DNA of 63,988 nt, counting the filler, from Octopus bimaculoides (lineage: Eukaryota): NCBI RefSeq assembly GCF_001194135.2. It is 6 parts of 4 records of this genome, joined end to end, with 100 filler letters (N's around TTAATTAATTAA, not from the genome) between each part and the next. Parts side by side here need not be neighbours in the genome. Positions count along the whole stretch, not along the records: positions 62,982 to 63,988 come from NW_026329611.1; 5 more parts are not named here. The stretch is one strand, 5' to 3'. The translations under genes were made by a program, and so were the position numbers. This document shows positions 62,982 through 63,988 of this stretch, in pieces. How positions within the stretch are numbered: position 1 is the stretch's first letter; every line of letters starts with the position of its first letter. The notes under the pieces were generated by a model. That model had not been told where the DNA came from. It saw only the letters and a program-made list of their open reading frames with translations, and made no database searches.

Positions 62982-63878
62982 CTGTACATCGGACAAACGG
63001 GGCGCTGCCTGGCCGACCGATTCGCGGAACAGCACCGAGACATCCGCCATGACAATGGCACCCTGCTGTCACACCATTTCTGCTCTACCGGTCGCTCGCA
63101 GCAACACCTGTCTGTTCTTAGATTGTCCTTGCACAGAGGCCATCTGAACTCCCGTTTGCGCTGTGAACAGGGATTAATCTTCTCTCTTTGCTCCTTTGCG
63201 CCACATGGGCTGAACTCTCCTCCTCTCTTCATCTAACCCCCTACACTTGCCTCTCTCCCCCTCCACCCTCCTAATTCTGACCACCCACCTCTCCTCTCCT
63301 GCTCCTACTTCTCTTCACCCCTACTCTCTCACTTTCTCCTCCCATACCCACCTTCCCCCTTCATCATCAACCCTCCCTCATAAGCCCATCCCACCCCATC
63401 TCCCACATACTCAACCTCTACCTACCCACATACACCTACCTCTACCCCCACTCTTGGCCTAACCTACAACCCACCCATGCTTTCCCCACTCTCGCCCCAC
63501 CTACCTCCCAACACCATATCACACAACACATCACTTCACAACACACCAGCACTGACCAGTTCCTATCCCCACATTTTCACACCCTCACACCAGTATTCTC
63601 TCACACACATGCACTTTCGTTTGAGGATCACAACTTCTTTGTTATCTCCACTTCTTAACTCTCCTATGTCATCCCTCGGTCTGGCATTCAGCATGATAGA
63701 TCGCTGACCACTGCACATATATTATTTTTTTCTCCTTGTTTCTTTCTGTGTTCCTTTCTGTTGAAGAGCATAGGCTCAAAACGTTAAAGACTTTCCCTAT
63801 TGCCCAGCGTTATACTAATACATCCATTTGTTGTTTACACCACCTGTCTTCGTCTGTTGTTTTTTCGTGAATTCTCCT
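62982..63878 (+). mobile_element. 3' part of a Penelope-like element: GIY-YIG endonuclease end (62982-63236), C-rich 3' UTR, hammerhead-like module (63754-63789)
   Basis: Open 84-codon frame LYIGQTGRCLADRFAEQHRDIRHDNGTLLSHHFCSTG...EQGLIFSLCSFAPHGLNSPPLFI* carries the YIG, R..E, HF, E and GLN motifs of PLE GIY-YIG domains. It was missed by the ORF track because it has no ATG. Confidence 0.88.
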
Positions 63879-63988
63879 ATACATATATATATATACATAT
63901 AAATATACACACACATATATATATATACATATATATATACACATATATACATACACATACATATACATATATATATATATATATATAT

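Overview
Repeat-rich, gene-poor eukaryotic DNA. The SINE and microsatellite landscape points to a cephalopod, probably Octopus (inference). The window is not one contiguous locus: five identical 100-bp linkers (44 N + TTAATTAATTAA + 44 N) join six separate pieces. One host gene is supported: the first coding exon of a GPC3/GPC5/dally-type glypican on the minus strand (18581-18821), with a probable non-coding exon upstream near 19.76-19.85 kb and a first coding intron longer than 18 kb. The rest is mobile-element debris: at least four tRNA-derived SINE families, an L1/Tx1-type LINE 3' end, three R4/Dong-type LINE remnants, Penelope-like element (PLE) RT and GIY-YIG fragments, mariner/Tc1, piggyBac-MITE and Helitron remnants, and a 28S rRNA fragment. 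The most unusual observations are: (i) a tRNA-headed element ending in a PLE-type minimal hammerhead ribozyme and bracketed by ~68-bp inverted repeats (60.6-61.0 kb); (ii) two further unrelated hammerhead-like modules, all next to (TA)n tracts; (iii) a ~13-unit, ~71-bp array built from a motif otherwise dispersed singly, inside the glypican intron; (iv) Dong-type LINE 3' ends sharing (AAT/ATT)n tracts tail-to-tail with SINEs, one with an apparent ~95-bp target duplication. All family assignments come from motif recognition by eye; no searches were run. Nearly all ORFs in the supplied track are microsatellite or N-gap artefacts.
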